Shown: positions 28,584 to 39,350, numbered from the stretch's first letter. The stretch is DNA of 64,000 bases from Promethearchaeota archaeon (GCA_048939015.1 JBHLPW010000004.1:50663-114662), one strand, 5' to 3'. The notes: generated from the letters alone by a model not told the origin. Translations and numbers: made by a program.

Positions 28584-30137
28584 ATGTCGCCTGATTTAAC
28601 TGATATCGCGGGAATAGGAAAAGCTACTGCAGACAAAATAAAAGCAGCAGGGATAGATAGTATTGAAAAACTAGCAAATGTAAAACTAGATGATTTAGTG
28701 AAGTTGAAAATTAAGGGAGTTGGAAAAGCAACTGCACAAAAATATATAAATAATGCAAAAAATATACTTGCAGAAGCAGGATCTCAAACAGAAACAGAAT
28801 CTAAACTAATTTCCGCAATTAATGAAAAATCAGCATTAAAAACAAAAACCGAACCTAAAGTTGAGTTCTCTAACATAAAAGAATTAATGAAACAACAAGC
28901 AGAATGCAATATTGGATTAGTAGGTCATGTAGATCATGGTAAAACTAGTTTAGTAAAAGCACTTACAGGGGATTGGACAGATAGGCATTCAGAAGAACAA
29001 GAAAGAGGGATCTCGATAAAACTCGGATATTCTAATGCTACTATTTTATACTGCTCTACCTGTGATCAATATTTAACATATTATTTATCTGAAAAAGCAA
29101 GAAAAAAGGGAGAACAGAGATATTTATGCCCTAACTGTAAAGAACAATTAGAATTTAAAAGAAATATTTCATTTGTCGACGCACCTGGCCATGAAATATT
29201 AATGGCAACAATGTTAAGTGGAGCTTCACTTATGGATGGCGCTTGTCTATTAATTGCTGCTGACGAAGATTGTCCTCAACCTCAAACTAGAGAACATTTG
29301 GAAGCATTACATATTGCTGGTATAGAAAATATAATTATTCTGCAAAATAAAATTGATGCAGTTTCACGAGAGTTAGCACTAGAGAATTTTCGACAAATAA
29401 AGGAATTTGTCAAAGGTTCTATTGCAGAAAATGCTCCAATTATCCCAATTTCCGCTGTATTTGGAGCAAATATAAACCAAGTATTAAAAGCATTTGAAGA
29501 AATTATTCCATCTCCTAAACGTAGTGAAGGAGAGTTTCAATTTTTAATTGCGAGATCTTTTGATATTAATCGACCAGGGAAAGCTATCAATGATCTAAAA
29601 GGTGGTGTAATAGGCGGATCTGTCTTAAAAGGAGATATTGATGTGGGTGCACAAATTGAAATTCGACCAGGCTTAAGAATGAAAGATAAATATGTTCCTT
29701 TAAAATCAACTGTTGTGAGTATCAGCCAAGGAAGTAATTTATTAGACAAAGCGAAACCTGGAGGACTTATAGGATTGGGAACTAAATTAGATCCCGCCTT
29801 AACTAAAGGTGATCACTTAATTGGGCATTTGGTTGGAAAACCAGGGACATTACCTGATGTTATTGATGAGGTGGAATTAAGAATTAATCTTTTAGATAGA
29901 GTAATTGGTTCTGAACAAATGCTAAGAGTCCATTCAGTTAAGCATAATGAAAAGTTATTACTAGTTGTTGGAACGGAAAAAACCGGCGGACTAGTAACTA
30001 AAATATTAAAAAATAGTGTTGTCTTGAAGTTAAATCCTCCAATATGTCCTCCCGAAGATTTTATATTTGCAATTTCAAGAATTATAAATAGGCGTTATCG
30101 ATTAATCGGATATGGAGAACTAATTAATCATAATTAA
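28584..30137 (+). CDS. eif2g: Translation initiation factor aIF2 gamma subunit with N-terminal helix-hairpin-helix extension
   Basis: NIGLVGHVDHGKT, RGISIKLGY, DAPGHE, PQPQT.EH, QNKID, RSFDINRPG, GGVIGG, RYRLIGYG; N-terminal IAGIGKATA / IKGVGKATA. Confidence 0.95.
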   Translation: MSPDLTDIAGIGKATADKIKAAGIDSIEKLANVKLDDLVKLKIKGVGKATAQKYINNAKNILAEAGSQTETESKLISAINEKSALKTKTEPKVEFSNIKELMKQQAECNIGLVGHVDHGKTSLVKALTGDWTDRHSEEQERGISIKLGYSNATILYCSTCDQYLTYYLSEKARKKGEQRYLCPNCKEQLEFKRNISFVDAPGHEILMATMLSGASLMDGACLLIAADEDCPQPQTREHLEALHIAGIENIIILQNKIDAVSRELALENFRQIKEFVKGSIAENAPIIPISAVFGANINQVLKAFEEIIPSPKRSEGEFQFLIARSFDINRPGKAINDLKGGVIGGSVLKGDIDVGAQIEIRPGLRMKDKYVPLKSTVVSISQGSNLLDKAKPGGLIGLGTKLDPALTKGDHLIGHLVGKPGTLPDVIDEVELRINLLDRVIGSEQMLRVHSVKHNEKLLLVVGTEKTGGLVTKILKNSVVLKLNPPICPPEDFIFAISRIINRRYRLIGYGELINHN

Positions 30138-30160
30138 TTCTTATCTCCTTCCGATAAGGT

Positions 30161-30490
30161 TTAAGAAGTATAGCTTAAAAAAATCTCTCTTATTTTACCC
30201 TTAATAAGTTTTAATGAAGGATCTACTTGACTGAATACATTCTGTAATGAATTAATTGCTTCTTGTTTGATATCTTGATTACTAGATCTTTGTAAATTTT
30301 GTTTAGTCTCATATAGAATTAATGTATCAGAGACTTTGGCGAGAAAATGAAGAATTATTGCTGGTCTTATATCATTAGGTAAATTTTCGTGATTTTTTAC
30401 TTCCTTTATTTCGTAAAAAATCTCATTCATCATTTTATGTTTTAGAAAATAAATAAAATCATCAATATTATCGCAAAAGATAACAATCAA
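30161..30490 (-). CDS. Hypothetical protein
   Basis: 109-aa ORF filling the gap, 5 nt after the co-oriented upstream gene. Confidence 0.65.
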   Translation of the reverse strand: MIVIFCDNIDDFIYFLKHKMMNEIFYEIKEVKNHENLPNDIRPAIILHFLAKVSDTLILYETKQNLQRSSNQDIKQEAINSLQNVFSQVDPSLKLIKGKIREIFLSYTS

Positions 30491-30495
30491 GGTAT

Positions 30496-32181
30496 TTATC
30501 GCATTTTCTTGTTTTTCAAATAAAATATTACTCCAAAGATCAGAATAATGCTATTTAAACCTCCGAAAATTATTATCCAAAGAGGAAAATGAGGATAACT
30601 TGTGTAAATATAATTAATTTCCGTATAAGTATTAACATCTGATTCTGTAAGGAAATCCCCATTTTGAAAGACTTTAATGGTATAATTCCCATAAGGAATG
30701 TTTTTTATTATGATTTCTCCATTTTCATTAGTTTTACCCGGTGATATCGGCTGAACTTGATCTTTAGATATATATGTTCCATATTTTTGTCCAAAATAAT
30801 AGACTTCTAAATCTGCTCCTATTAATGGCATTTTTATATTATCAGTAATAATTAATCTCAGAGTTTGTGTTGATATATACTTAAATATAAAAGGGCAAGT
30901 CTCTCCCATAACTAAATAGGGAACCTTTGCTAACATTCCCTCTCTCCCAGTTAGTGATTTATTCAAATAATAATATGGCGAATTTCTTTCAAATAGGGAA
31001 GAGTTACCTATAACTTGCTCAGAATAAATTGTAGGCTCATAAAATGACAACCCCTTAAGAAATATATGTGGAGGGCCAGATATTATTGATGGGAAATAAA
31101 TTCGTTCTCGTATTTCTCTCCCTTCCACAAGTCTATCTATTGCCCATGTTTCTCCAACAGCTTTAACAAATTCAAAAGTAAATAATGCTGTAAAATTCAG
31201 TGAAAATGTACTTCGATCTCCAGAAAATAAGTCAGATAAATATACATCAATTGTTTTATTTAAGTTCAAATAGTTATTGATATTTACAATGACATCGTTA
31301 AGTTCAAGACTATGATCATTTAGTGAATTTCTGTCTGGTAAATTGACTGTTAATGCAACGTATATGTTTTCAGCATAAATTACCGGATCAGCAATAGAAA
31401 GATTATATTTATTAGACACTAATTCGAAATTATAATTAAAATCAACAGTAAAATTCTGATTTACTTCATTAATTAATAAATCATTTTTAGGAAGTTGACT
31501 TAACTTCCAATTATTTAATGTGAAATCGTATTCCCATATAAGATTCATTGTGAAATTTGAATTTGGTAATACTTCAAAGAAATCTACAAAATGAAATACA
31601 ATGAACTCATTACTATCTATAGAATAATCTGTTTCAGCAGTTAATTCAAAGACGTTAGTACCATTATCCACAAAAAATTGTACTAAACGACTTGAAGATA
31701 GACGAGAGTGGTAAATAATATACCCTAATGTTGAATTATCAAGTTCTACCATTAAACTTTCATTAATTTTTACTGTTATGATATTGTTATCCTCAATATC
31801 TTCATCCAAGTTATCTACTATTGCAGGCTCTATTGTTTCTAAAAATTGCATGCTAATCGGCACCATATTCAATGCGCCTGACGCATACTCTTCCCAAATT
31901 AGAGGATAACTTGTATTATCCCTATAGAAACCTATTTCCAATCCACTAAAATCGATATTATTTATTGTAATATTTCCAAGTCCTTGTTTCTCTTCACTAA
32001 GTATAGGCTTATAATCTTCTTTTGAAAAACTACTAATTTCGAGGTTTGAATTATAAATTTCGGTGCTAGAATACGAATTATCAATACTTAAAACAAATGG
32101 AATAAAAAGTTGAGATAGTATTAAAAAGACAAGCAATATTTTAATGTATGTCTGAGTATAATTCCATTTATTATAAGGCAT
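30496..32181 (-). CDS. Secreted/membrane-anchored beta-rich protein with C-terminal carboxypeptidase-regulatory-like domain
   Basis: N-terminal hydrophobic segment, TNENGEI..IPYGNYTIKV motif, C-terminal TM helix and basic tail. Confidence 0.7.
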   Translation of the reverse strand: MPYNKWNYTQTYIKILLVFLILSQLFIPFVLSIDNSYSSTEIYNSNLEISSFSKEDYKPILSEEKQGLGNITINNIDFSGLEIGFYRDNTSYPLIWEEYASGALNMVPISMQFLETIEPAIVDNLDEDIEDNNIITVKINESLMVELDNSTLGYIIYHSRLSSSRLVQFFVDNGTNVFELTAETDYSIDSNEFIVFHFVDFFEVLPNSNFTMNLIWEYDFTLNNWKLSQLPKNDLLINEVNQNFTVDFNYNFELVSNKYNLSIADPVIYAENIYVALTVNLPDRNSLNDHSLELNDVIVNINNYLNLNKTIDVYLSDLFSGDRSTFSLNFTALFTFEFVKAVGETWAIDRLVEGREIRERIYFPSIISGPPHIFLKGLSFYEPTIYSEQVIGNSSLFERNSPYYYLNKSLTGREGMLAKVPYLVMGETCPFIFKYISTQTLRLIITDNIKMPLIGADLEVYYFGQKYGTYISKDQVQPISPGKTNENGEIIIKNIPYGNYTIKVFQNGDFLTESDVNTYTEINYIYTSYPHFPLWIIIFGGLNSIILIFGVIFYLKNKKMR

Positions 32182-32467
32182 TTTTATAATTTTAACAGTA
32201 AAGTATTTAGAACAGAAAATTAAAATAAATTAAATAATTTTTCTATAGATTTCATCTTTTTACTCACTTTCTTCATAAAACCTAAAAGAAAACGGAATAT
32301 TTATAATTATAGAATATATTAGGGATTTATTAGATTTTAAAATAAGATAAGAATACTAAACAATTGCTTTTAGGATTTCACTTTCCTTGAGTTTTTATGC
32401 TGGAAGCTAATTACTATATGATGCACGAATTATATACTATCTAATATTTCAGTAAATTGTGATAAAA

Positions 32468-33847
32468 ATGACGATTTCACCAAATAAAACCAAATTTTTG
32501 GAGGAACTCAACAACGCAGTTGACCAATTTATCGATCGTTCGTTTAATCATGTAATTACAATTTCTCATAATGATGCAGATGGAATAAGTTGCTTACATA
32601 TAATGCAAAATTTATTTTATAAGATGCATCTAAATTATGATTATTTTATTTATAATAGGTCGGTTTCTTGGGAGAATTACTTAAAAGGTATTCTCTCGAG
32701 TAGGCAAACTGACAAAAATGCTCTTTTATTTACTGATGTAGGTTCCAATCTAAAAGAATTAATTCCAATAATAAAAAACAGAGAAGAAATTTTTTTTATC
32801 CTTGATCATCATGAAGTAGAGGATGATGTCCAATCTGATGAATTCCCTGAAAATCTTTTTTTTGTTAATCCAACTATTTATGGGTTTGATGGACTTGAAC
32901 ATATAGCTGGAGCGACTTTAACACACTTGTTTGCTAAAAAAGTAAAACCCTCTATTTTACAACAAGCATGGTTAACAGTAATTGGAATATGTGGAGATTC
33001 ATTAAAACCAATGGATAAACTAAAATCATTTAACCGAGAAGTTTATGAGGAATTAATAGATGAAGAACTCATTGAAGATAAAGAGAGTCTAATATTGTTT
33101 GGTAGTATGAATGAATCGATTAAAAATGGTTTAAAGTATAGTATTTTACCTTTTCTTAGCCAATTTGGAGGTGAATCAGATCAAAAAATCACTTCCTTTT
33201 TAAACTCTTTACAAATTGATCCAAAGACTAAAGTGGTTGATTTAAATGAATCTGAGATTGAAAAGATTCAAAAAAATGCTAAAATTAACAGTTATGGGCA
33301 TTATGCTATATTACCACATAAAATGGGTTTATTAAGATTCGCTTTTGAACATGCTCTTTTATTAAATATTCTCTGTTTCAAAAATATTAGTGCTGCGCTT
33401 TCAATCATTCAATTAAAGTCAATTACACGTTATGCTAAAGGAATCTATTCTGAATATATTGAAAATCTTTCTAGAAATTTGAGAACTCTCTCAAATGAAA
33501 TACCTCAAGTTGAAACTAAAAAAGCGATATTTATGGAAGTAATAGGAAAGATCCCTCCAAGTAACTGGTCAGATACAGCTAGTTTTAGTGCTGTTAATGA
33601 ACTATTCGATCCGAATAAAATTTTGTTTTTAGGAGGTCCAGAAAAGAAATCTGGGACAATAAAATTAAGTATTCGGTGTTCAAGAAATTATATTGAAAAA
33701 AGTAAAGGTAAAGGCGTAAATATAATAATTTCTAATATAAAAAAAGAATTAGGGGGAGTTGGTGGAGGGCATAAACTAGCAGGAGGTATCCGGTTATCAA
33801 AACCTTCTTATAATATTTTAAAAAAGAAAGTGGATGAATTTATTTGA
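32468..33847 (+). CDS. DHH-family phosphoesterase (RecJ/GAN-like)
   Basis: HNDADG, TDVG, LDHH, and DHHA1 motif GGGHKLAGG. Confidence 0.88.
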   Translation: MTISPNKTKFLEELNNAVDQFIDRSFNHVITISHNDADGISCLHIMQNLFYKMHLNYDYFIYNRSVSWENYLKGILSSRQTDKNALLFTDVGSNLKELIPIIKNREEIFFILDHHEVEDDVQSDEFPENLFFVNPTIYGFDGLEHIAGATLTHLFAKKVKPSILQQAWLTVIGICGDSLKPMDKLKSFNREVYEELIDEELIEDKESLILFGSMNESIKNGLKYSILPFLSQFGGESDQKITSFLNSLQIDPKTKVVDLNESEIEKIQKNAKINSYGHYAILPHKMGLLRFAFEHALLLNILCFKNISAALSIIQLKSITRYAKGIYSEYIENLSRNLRTLSNEIPQVETKKAIFMEVIGKIPPSNWSDTASFSAVNELFDPNKILFLGGPEKKSGTIKLSIRCSRNYIEKSKGKGVNIIISNIKKELGGVGGGHKLAGGIRLSKPSYNILKKKVDEFI

Positions 33848-34053
33848 TTCTTGTTGTATCTAAGAAAAAAGAAATGATAAATAAGCAAAAAATCAATCTT
33901 CAGTTTAGATCTTCTTAAGTATTTTTAATAATAATAGTACTTGATATTTTCTTCTTATAAATAGGTTATTACCTTTAAATATTGCAAAAAACCAATTTAA
34001 CTTATAAGAAAATGATTATAGGCAAGACTTGAAAAAAATAAAGGAGTTTTATA

Positions 34054-34749
34054 ATGCATAGTGTACAATTAAAAGACTTTTTATTCGAACGCCCCATTAC
34101 TATTATTTTTGATGAAAATTTGCATAAAAAAGAGGTCCTAAAAGGTTTCATTGCTGTGACAATATATTCAATTGTCTATGGATTCTACGAATACTTTATA
34201 GTGTATGGTTTGCTGATTCCCGTTTTGGGTAACCCTTTCAGCATTATAAATTGGTTTATTATGTTTTTTGGAATACTTTTTGTTGCAGCTTTAGCTACGT
34301 GGTTTAGTGTTGAAAAATCTCTTATGGCATGGTTATATTTGACGATTATAGAAGATCTTTTTTATTGGATTGCGCAATGGATTGATACAGGAGTATATCC
34401 CTTTCCAGCCCCTGATTGGTGGGATACCACAATAGCTACTTTTCGCCTATTAGGAGGTCTTGGTCAAGCTATACCTTTTTGGCCAAATATTCCTTTATTT
34501 TACCTACCAGGATTTACATTGTTAATAATTTACTATATTATATCTTATAGAAGTGCTAAATACGGTAGAATCATAGCATGGATTGTAGGACCGTTCATTT
34601 TAGCTATTCTTGGGGGGGCATTGCCAGGGATTTTTGGATTAACAGGTGATCTATTAGCAACTATCATATTGATATCCATTCCAGTATTATCTTATTCGTT
34701 TGTATTATCTCTTTTATATAGAAATGACTGGAAATTCAAGAAAAAATGA
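34054..34749 (+). CDS. Hypothetical multi-pass membrane protein
   Basis: About 6 hydrophobic helices; SD AAGGAG upstream. Confidence 0.75.
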   Translation: MHSVQLKDFLFERPITIIFDENLHKKEVLKGFIAVTIYSIVYGFYEYFIVYGLLIPVLGNPFSIINWFIMFFGILFVAALATWFSVEKSLMAWLYLTIIEDLFYWIAQWIDTGVYPFPAPDWWDTTIATFRLLGGLGQAIPFWPNIPLFYLPGFTLLIIYYIISYRSAKYGRIIAWIVGPFILAILGGALPGIFGLTGDLLATIILISIPVLSYSFVLSLLYRNDWKFKKK

Positions 34750-34909
34750 ATAAAAAACTATAGATTGGGTTGAAGTTTAATAAATCCTGCAATTAGTAAC
34801 TTTAGATTAATAAAAAATTTAAGTTAAATATGGGGGAATTTTCTAAAATAATAAAAAAATATAAGGTTTAGAAATAACGTATCAAATAATCTAAAATCAA
34901 TTCTAAAAC

Positions 34910-35212
34910 ATGAACTTTTTTAAAAAACTTACAGATTTTGTATTCCTTTTAAAAATTAATGTTAAAACTAACGCTAAAATTCAAAATATTACAAAAGTTA
35001 ATGATTTTTTAAAAATATCTCTTAAGTCGAAACCTATGCAGAATAAAGCAAATAAGGAATTAATAAATCTTATAAAAAGGAAATTAAAAATAACATCAAC
35101 TCAAATTCAAATCATCTCTGGTCTAAAAAATCCAGATAAAATTATTAAAATAACGTTTTTAGAGAAAATTAATGAAGAAGAATTAGTTAGACAACTTATT
35201 GATACAAACTGA
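34910..35212 (+). CDS. DUF167 (YggU-like) protein
   Basis: INVKTNAK, KPMQNKANKELI, IISG...K. Confidence 0.82.
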   Translation: MNFFKKLTDFVFLLKINVKTNAKIQNITKVNDFLKISLKSKPMQNKANKELINLIKRKLKITSTQIQIISGLKNPDKIIKITFLEKINEEELVRQLIDTN

Positions 35213-35217
35213 ATTAT

Positions 35218-35568
35218 CTAACTCCCAATTTTTTTCATTTTTCCACATTTTAAACATGTAATAAAATGTGTCATCCCCTCATCCGCTCTTCGTGTTTGAC
35301 GAGTTTCAAGATGAGCTTTAGTATATCCACATCGAGGACATTTAAAATCTTTAATGGTACTTCTTAGGTTCTCCTCTTTCCAATCCATAACTTCAACTAG
35401 ATTTGTAACTTCATTTCTAATAGAATGTTCAATTTTAGTAGTTAGCCTATAATCGTTAGACTTCTCTTCATTAAATGGTTTAATTGCTCCACACTTGCAT
35501 TTAAACACTTTCTGTCCATCTACATTTGAAGGTAGCATCATACCTCCACATTCATCACAAAATTCCAT
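35218..35568 (-). CDS. tfs: Transcription factor S (TFS, Rpb9/C11-like)
   Basis: Two Zn ribbons and the QTRRADEG acidic hairpin. Confidence 0.9.
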   Translation of the reverse strand: MEFCDECGGMMLPSNVDGQKVFKCKCGAIKPFNEEKSNDYRLTTKIEHSIRNEVTNLVEVMDWKEENLRSTIKDFKCPRCGYTKAHLETRQTRRADEGMTHFITCLKCGKMKKIGS

Positions 35569-35648
35569 TATTTTTTGTCAAGATTGAATTTAGTTTTTAT
35601 ATCTATAATTAATTATAAATTAATTCTACCAAATATTTTTTTTTGAAT

Positions 35649-36623
35649 TTAGATTCTTAAACCAAACACTAACGCACAAAATATTATTCCAGATAAAAGG
35701 TCAGCAGTAGTTCCAGGATTTAATTTTCCCTTTTTCTCTTGAAGTTCATTGTCTAATTCTAAAGCTAACTTAAAACCTTGATCAGTTGAGATTCCTCCAC
35801 GATCTAAGATATGTGATGCTTTTTTTGAGATATTTAATGCAAAATCAGATCCAGATTTTCTAATAACAAGTGTATCTGGATGTAAGGATAACAATTTTAA
35901 ATACGTGTTGACAATCGCACAATTTATATCATTATATTGGCTATATATTTTTAAGAAATATGGAACGCCCTCATTTAAAATAATATTAAAATTATTTGCA
36001 TACTCTAGACTGATTAAATCCCTCTCCTTTGATAACTCAAAAATTTTTTTCAGTTTAATGTTTTCTTGGATAATCTCTTTAACAGAATTTTCCTTATTTA
36101 AATCATATTTTTCAACAGTTCCTAAACCCCCAGGATTACATAATTTTATTGCTTCATATAATTTTACTGTATCATTTACAGAAGTATTCTCAATAACCAT
36201 CCCTAAGTTATTTTTCCAATCATAAAAGCTATAATCCTTCGATTTTAGACATATTATAGTTGCTGCAGCGAGTGGTGCTAAAATTAATATATGTCCTAGT
36301 AAAACATTACCTCCACTTTGCCAATTCATCATTTCCTCAGCAGCATCCTTAAAAAACTGACCCAATTCTATTTTTTCAAAATCAACTTGGTTTTTAAATG
36401 GCAACTGAAACAACTTCTTGCAAAAGTCCATAAAAGTAGGTTGGATTGCAGCAATTCCCGCTAAAAAATGTTCAAATTTCGTATTTTCGAAATCTTTTGT
36501 GCGATGAACGTTCCCTGGTTTAGGCCAACCTGCTAACTCTAATAAGCTCGCTAAGCACAAACATCGAATTAGGTCATCAATAGATTTAATGGAAATATTA
36601 AGATTAGATCTAAATAAAGACAC
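35649..36623 (-). CDS. citG: Triphosphoribosyl-dephospho-CoA synthase family (CitG)
   Basis: PKPGNVHR, PDTLVIRK, NPGTTADL. Confidence 0.88.
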   Translation of the reverse strand: MSLFRSNLNISIKSIDDLIRCLCLASLLELAGWPKPGNVHRTKDFENTKFEHFLAGIAAIQPTFMDFCKKLFQLPFKNQVDFEKIELGQFFKDAAEEMMNWQSGGNVLLGHILILAPLAAATIICLKSKDYSFYDWKNNLGMVIENTSVNDTVKLYEAIKLCNPGGLGTVEKYDLNKENSVKEIIQENIKLKKIFELSKERDLISLEYANNFNIILNEGVPYFLKIYSQYNDINCAIVNTYLKLLSLHPDTLVIRKSGSDFALNISKKASHILDRGGISTDQGFKLALELDNELQEKKGKLNPGTTADLLSGIIFCALVFGLRI

Positions 36624-36674
36624 ATTTAATACTATTTCTTTAAATAATTTAATAATTTTGAGAAAGAATAAGTT

Positions 36675-36983
36675 TTAATAATAACTTAACTCAACCATTT
36701 TCTTTTCTTTCACAATATATCCTTCATTTTCAGTAGTTTTATAAGAAATAGGTCTAAAATCATTATAAAGTCCTTTCTTATGAAGGAATTTTTTAATTCT
36801 AAGTCTTAATGCTCTTTTGGATATCTTATTTGGCATTTCTACACTTAAATCATTCCCATTTCTGTTAAGAGTTATTTGTGGTAAAGCTTCGGATAAGAAT
36901 CTAATTAAATCAAGAACATGCTGCTCATTTTTAAAACTTAAATCTTTTACATTTATCATGAAAGACTTATTTGCTTCACTCAT
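36675..36983 (-). CDS. rpl22e: Ribosomal protein eL22-like
   Basis: SKRALRLRIKKFLHKKGL..FR resembles the eL22 signature SKRYLKYLTKKYLKK..LRDWLR. Confidence 0.75.
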   Translation of the reverse strand: MSEANKSFMINVKDLSFKNEQHVLDLIRFLSEALPQITLNRNGNDLSVEMPNKISKRALRLRIKKFLHKKGLYNDFRPISYKTTENEGYIVKEKKMVELSYY

Positions 36984-37126
36984 AGTGTTATCACAGTGTA
37001 GAATAATTAAAAATATTATTAATTTTTTATGTTTTTATTATAGTAATCTAAAATTCGAATTTCTTATTTAGAAAAATCTTCGTAAGACAATAACTAGAGC
37101 GGTTAAATGATAAAAGGTGATGTAAT

Positions 37127-38407
37127 TTGGTGGATTATGTAAATTTGGATTATAAGCCAAGTGAAAATGATTTAATAGCAATGTATTATGTAGAGATTTC
37201 TCCAGATTGTAAAAATTTAGAACACGCTTCAGAAGAGATCGCAAAAGAATCCTCAATTGGAACTTGGACAGAAATAGCAACACTATCTGCTGAAATTGCT
37301 GAAAGACTCAAACCATCAACTTTCTATATCGACCATGAAAAAAATATTATTAAGATTGCTTACACTAAAGAGCTTTTTGAAGCAAATAACTTACCGCAGA
37401 TTTTAAGTGCGATTGCTGGAAATATTTATGGAATGAAGGTAATAAAATCATTAAGATTATTAGATATCAGCTTTCCTAAAGATATTGTTCATGCCCATAA
37501 GGGGCCAAAATTCGGAATCGAAGGTATTCGAAAATTAACTAAAGTAAAGGATAGACCTATCCTCGGCACAATTGTGAAACCTAAAGTTGGTTTAAATGAA
37601 GTTAAACATGCAAAAATATGTGGAGAAGCATGGATTGGTGGATTAGACATCGTTAAAGATGATGAAAATCTAACAAATATGACTTTTAATAAGTTCGAGA
37701 AAAGAATTACAGAAACGTTAAAAATAAGGGATAAAGCGGAAAATGAAACTGGAGAAAGGAAGTTCTATATGCCAAACATAACAGCACCTCTTAGAATTAT
37801 GAAAAATCGTGCAGATTATGTTATTAAAAGCGGTGGAGAATATGTAATGCTAGATATTCTTACGGTTGGATTCTCGGCTTTACAAGAAATTAGAGATTAT
37901 TTAGATGATAATAATATAGCTATACATGCTCATAGAGCTATGCATGCTGCATTAACTAGAAATAAAAAGCATGGAATAACAATGTTAGCTTTATCAAAAT
38001 TAATGAGATTAATAGGGATGGATCAACTACATACAGGAACAGTTGTAGGAAAAATGGAGGGTGGAAAAAGAGAGGTATTAGAGTGTAATGAAATACTCAC
38101 TAGTCAGAAAATTTCCGATAATAATGAAACTATGCTTAATCAAGAGTGGGGTGAGATTAAATCAACTTTACCTGTGGCTTCTGGTGGTTTAAGTCCACTT
38201 CATATCCCTGATCTAATTGAAATTCTAGGTAAAGACATGGTTTATCAGTTTGGAGGAGGGTGTCATGGTCATCCTGATGGAACTAAAGCCGGTGCAAAAG
38301 CTATTAGACAAGCGCTTGATGCAGTTTTAAATGGTTCAACTTTAAAAGAATATGCTAAAAAGAAAACTGAATTAAGGAAAGCTATTGAAAAATGGGAAAA
38401 AAAATAG
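37127..38407 (+). CDS. rbcL: Form III ribulose-1,5-bisphosphate carboxylase
   Basis: ESSIGTW, GTIVKPKVG, KDDE, HAHRAMH, GKMEG, ASGG, GGGCHGHP. Confidence 0.95.
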   Translation: MVDYVNLDYKPSENDLIAMYYVEISPDCKNLEHASEEIAKESSIGTWTEIATLSAEIAERLKPSTFYIDHEKNIIKIAYTKELFEANNLPQILSAIAGNIYGMKVIKSLRLLDISFPKDIVHAHKGPKFGIEGIRKLTKVKDRPILGTIVKPKVGLNEVKHAKICGEAWIGGLDIVKDDENLTNMTFNKFEKRITETLKIRDKAENETGERKFYMPNITAPLRIMKNRADYVIKSGGEYVMLDILTVGFSALQEIRDYLDDNNIAIHAHRAMHAALTRNKKHGITMLALSKLMRLIGMDQLHTGTVVGKMEGGKREVLECNEILTSQKISDNNETMLNQEWGEIKSTLPVASGGLSPLHIPDLIEILGKDMVYQFGGGCHGHPDGTKAGAKAIRQALDAVLNGSTLKEYAKKKTELRKAIEKWEKK

Positions 38408-38417
38408 TATCTTTTTC

Positions 38418-39350
38418 CTAAATCATTTCTGGATAGGTTTTTGCAAAATAATTTGGAACATGACTTGAAGCAAAAATACCTACTTCTGTAATTAAACCAT
38501 CAATATATCTTCTACTCACGGTTTCAAACGCAGGATTTAAAATTTCAATTCCTTCTGGGGGATTTTCCCAAATTTCTTGAGGGGCTCTCATTTCAATTGT
38601 TTCTAAAATCCCTAAATTAGTCTCGGGATTATATTTTAATAGAGGAGAAGCAACATAGAATGGTACATGTTCTTCATGAGCTACTAGAGCTAAAAGTCTT
38701 GATCCTATTTTATTAATAATAGTCCCTTCAGAAGTTATACTATCAGCACCAATTATTATTATATCAACTTGATAATGTTTAACTGCCCATCTCATTGCAC
38801 TATCGACAACATGGATGACTTCTATACCCGCTTCGAATAATTCTCTTGAGGTTTTTCTACCCTGCAGTCGAGGTTGCGTTTCTGTATTAATAGTTTTAAA
38901 AATTTTCCCTTGTCTCTTAGCTTCTAATAGAATACCAGTGACTATACTTGAATGACAATGAGTCATTACATTAAATTTTTGATTACTAGAAGGAAATCGT
39001 CTAGCGCCAATTTCAGCAATTCTCTTCTTCGAATTTTGGAGCATGTCAATATATAGATTCTTATATTTTTCAATTATATCAGAAATGTATGCAGGTATTA
39101 TACTGTCCTTTTCTTGCTCTAATTTATTCATTGTAAATTTCAAACCATTTTTCATTGCTGGTTCTGTTGGCCTTGTATCTATTAATATAGCTTGTGCCTC
39201 GTAAAGACTCTTGAAACATGTTTTAATATCTTCACAGTTCAGTCTTTTTGCATAATCACTTAAGAAATCAATAGCACTAATCGCAATATTACTAGCACCT
39301 TGAATTTCTAAAGATCTTATCTTTTGAGCATCTTGTAATAATTTTTTCAT
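38418..39350 (-). CDS. Ribose-1,5-bisphosphate isomerase (eIF2B-related family)
   Basis: IQGA, RPTEP, THCHS, GAD, NKIG, NPAF; adjacent to RuBisCO. Confidence 0.85.
   Translation of the reverse strand: MKKLLQDAQKIRSLEIQGASNIAISAIDFLSDYAKRLNCEDIKTCFKSLYEAQAILIDTRPTEPAMKNGLKFTMNKLEQEKDSIIPAYISDIIEKYKNLYIDMLQNSKKRIAEIGARRFPSSNQKFNVMTHCHSSIVTGILLEAKRQGKIFKTINTETQPRLQGRKTSRELFEAGIEVIHVVDSAMRWAVKHYQVDIIIIGADSITSEGTIINKIGSRLLALVAHEEHVPFYVASPLLKYNPETNLGILETIEMRAPQEIWENPPEGIEILNPAFETVSRRYIDGLITEVGIFASSHVPNYFAKTYPEMI

Noticed and set aside
33952-34010. TTCTTATAA...TTATAAGAA inverted repeat
   Set aside because: Almost all A/T with a long spacer; expected by chance in this composition.
38418-39350. eIF2B subunit or methylthioribose-1-phosphate isomerase
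   Set aside because: THCHS and GAD catalytic motifs, lack of the MtnA N-terminal region and adjacency to RuBisCO favour R15P isomerase.
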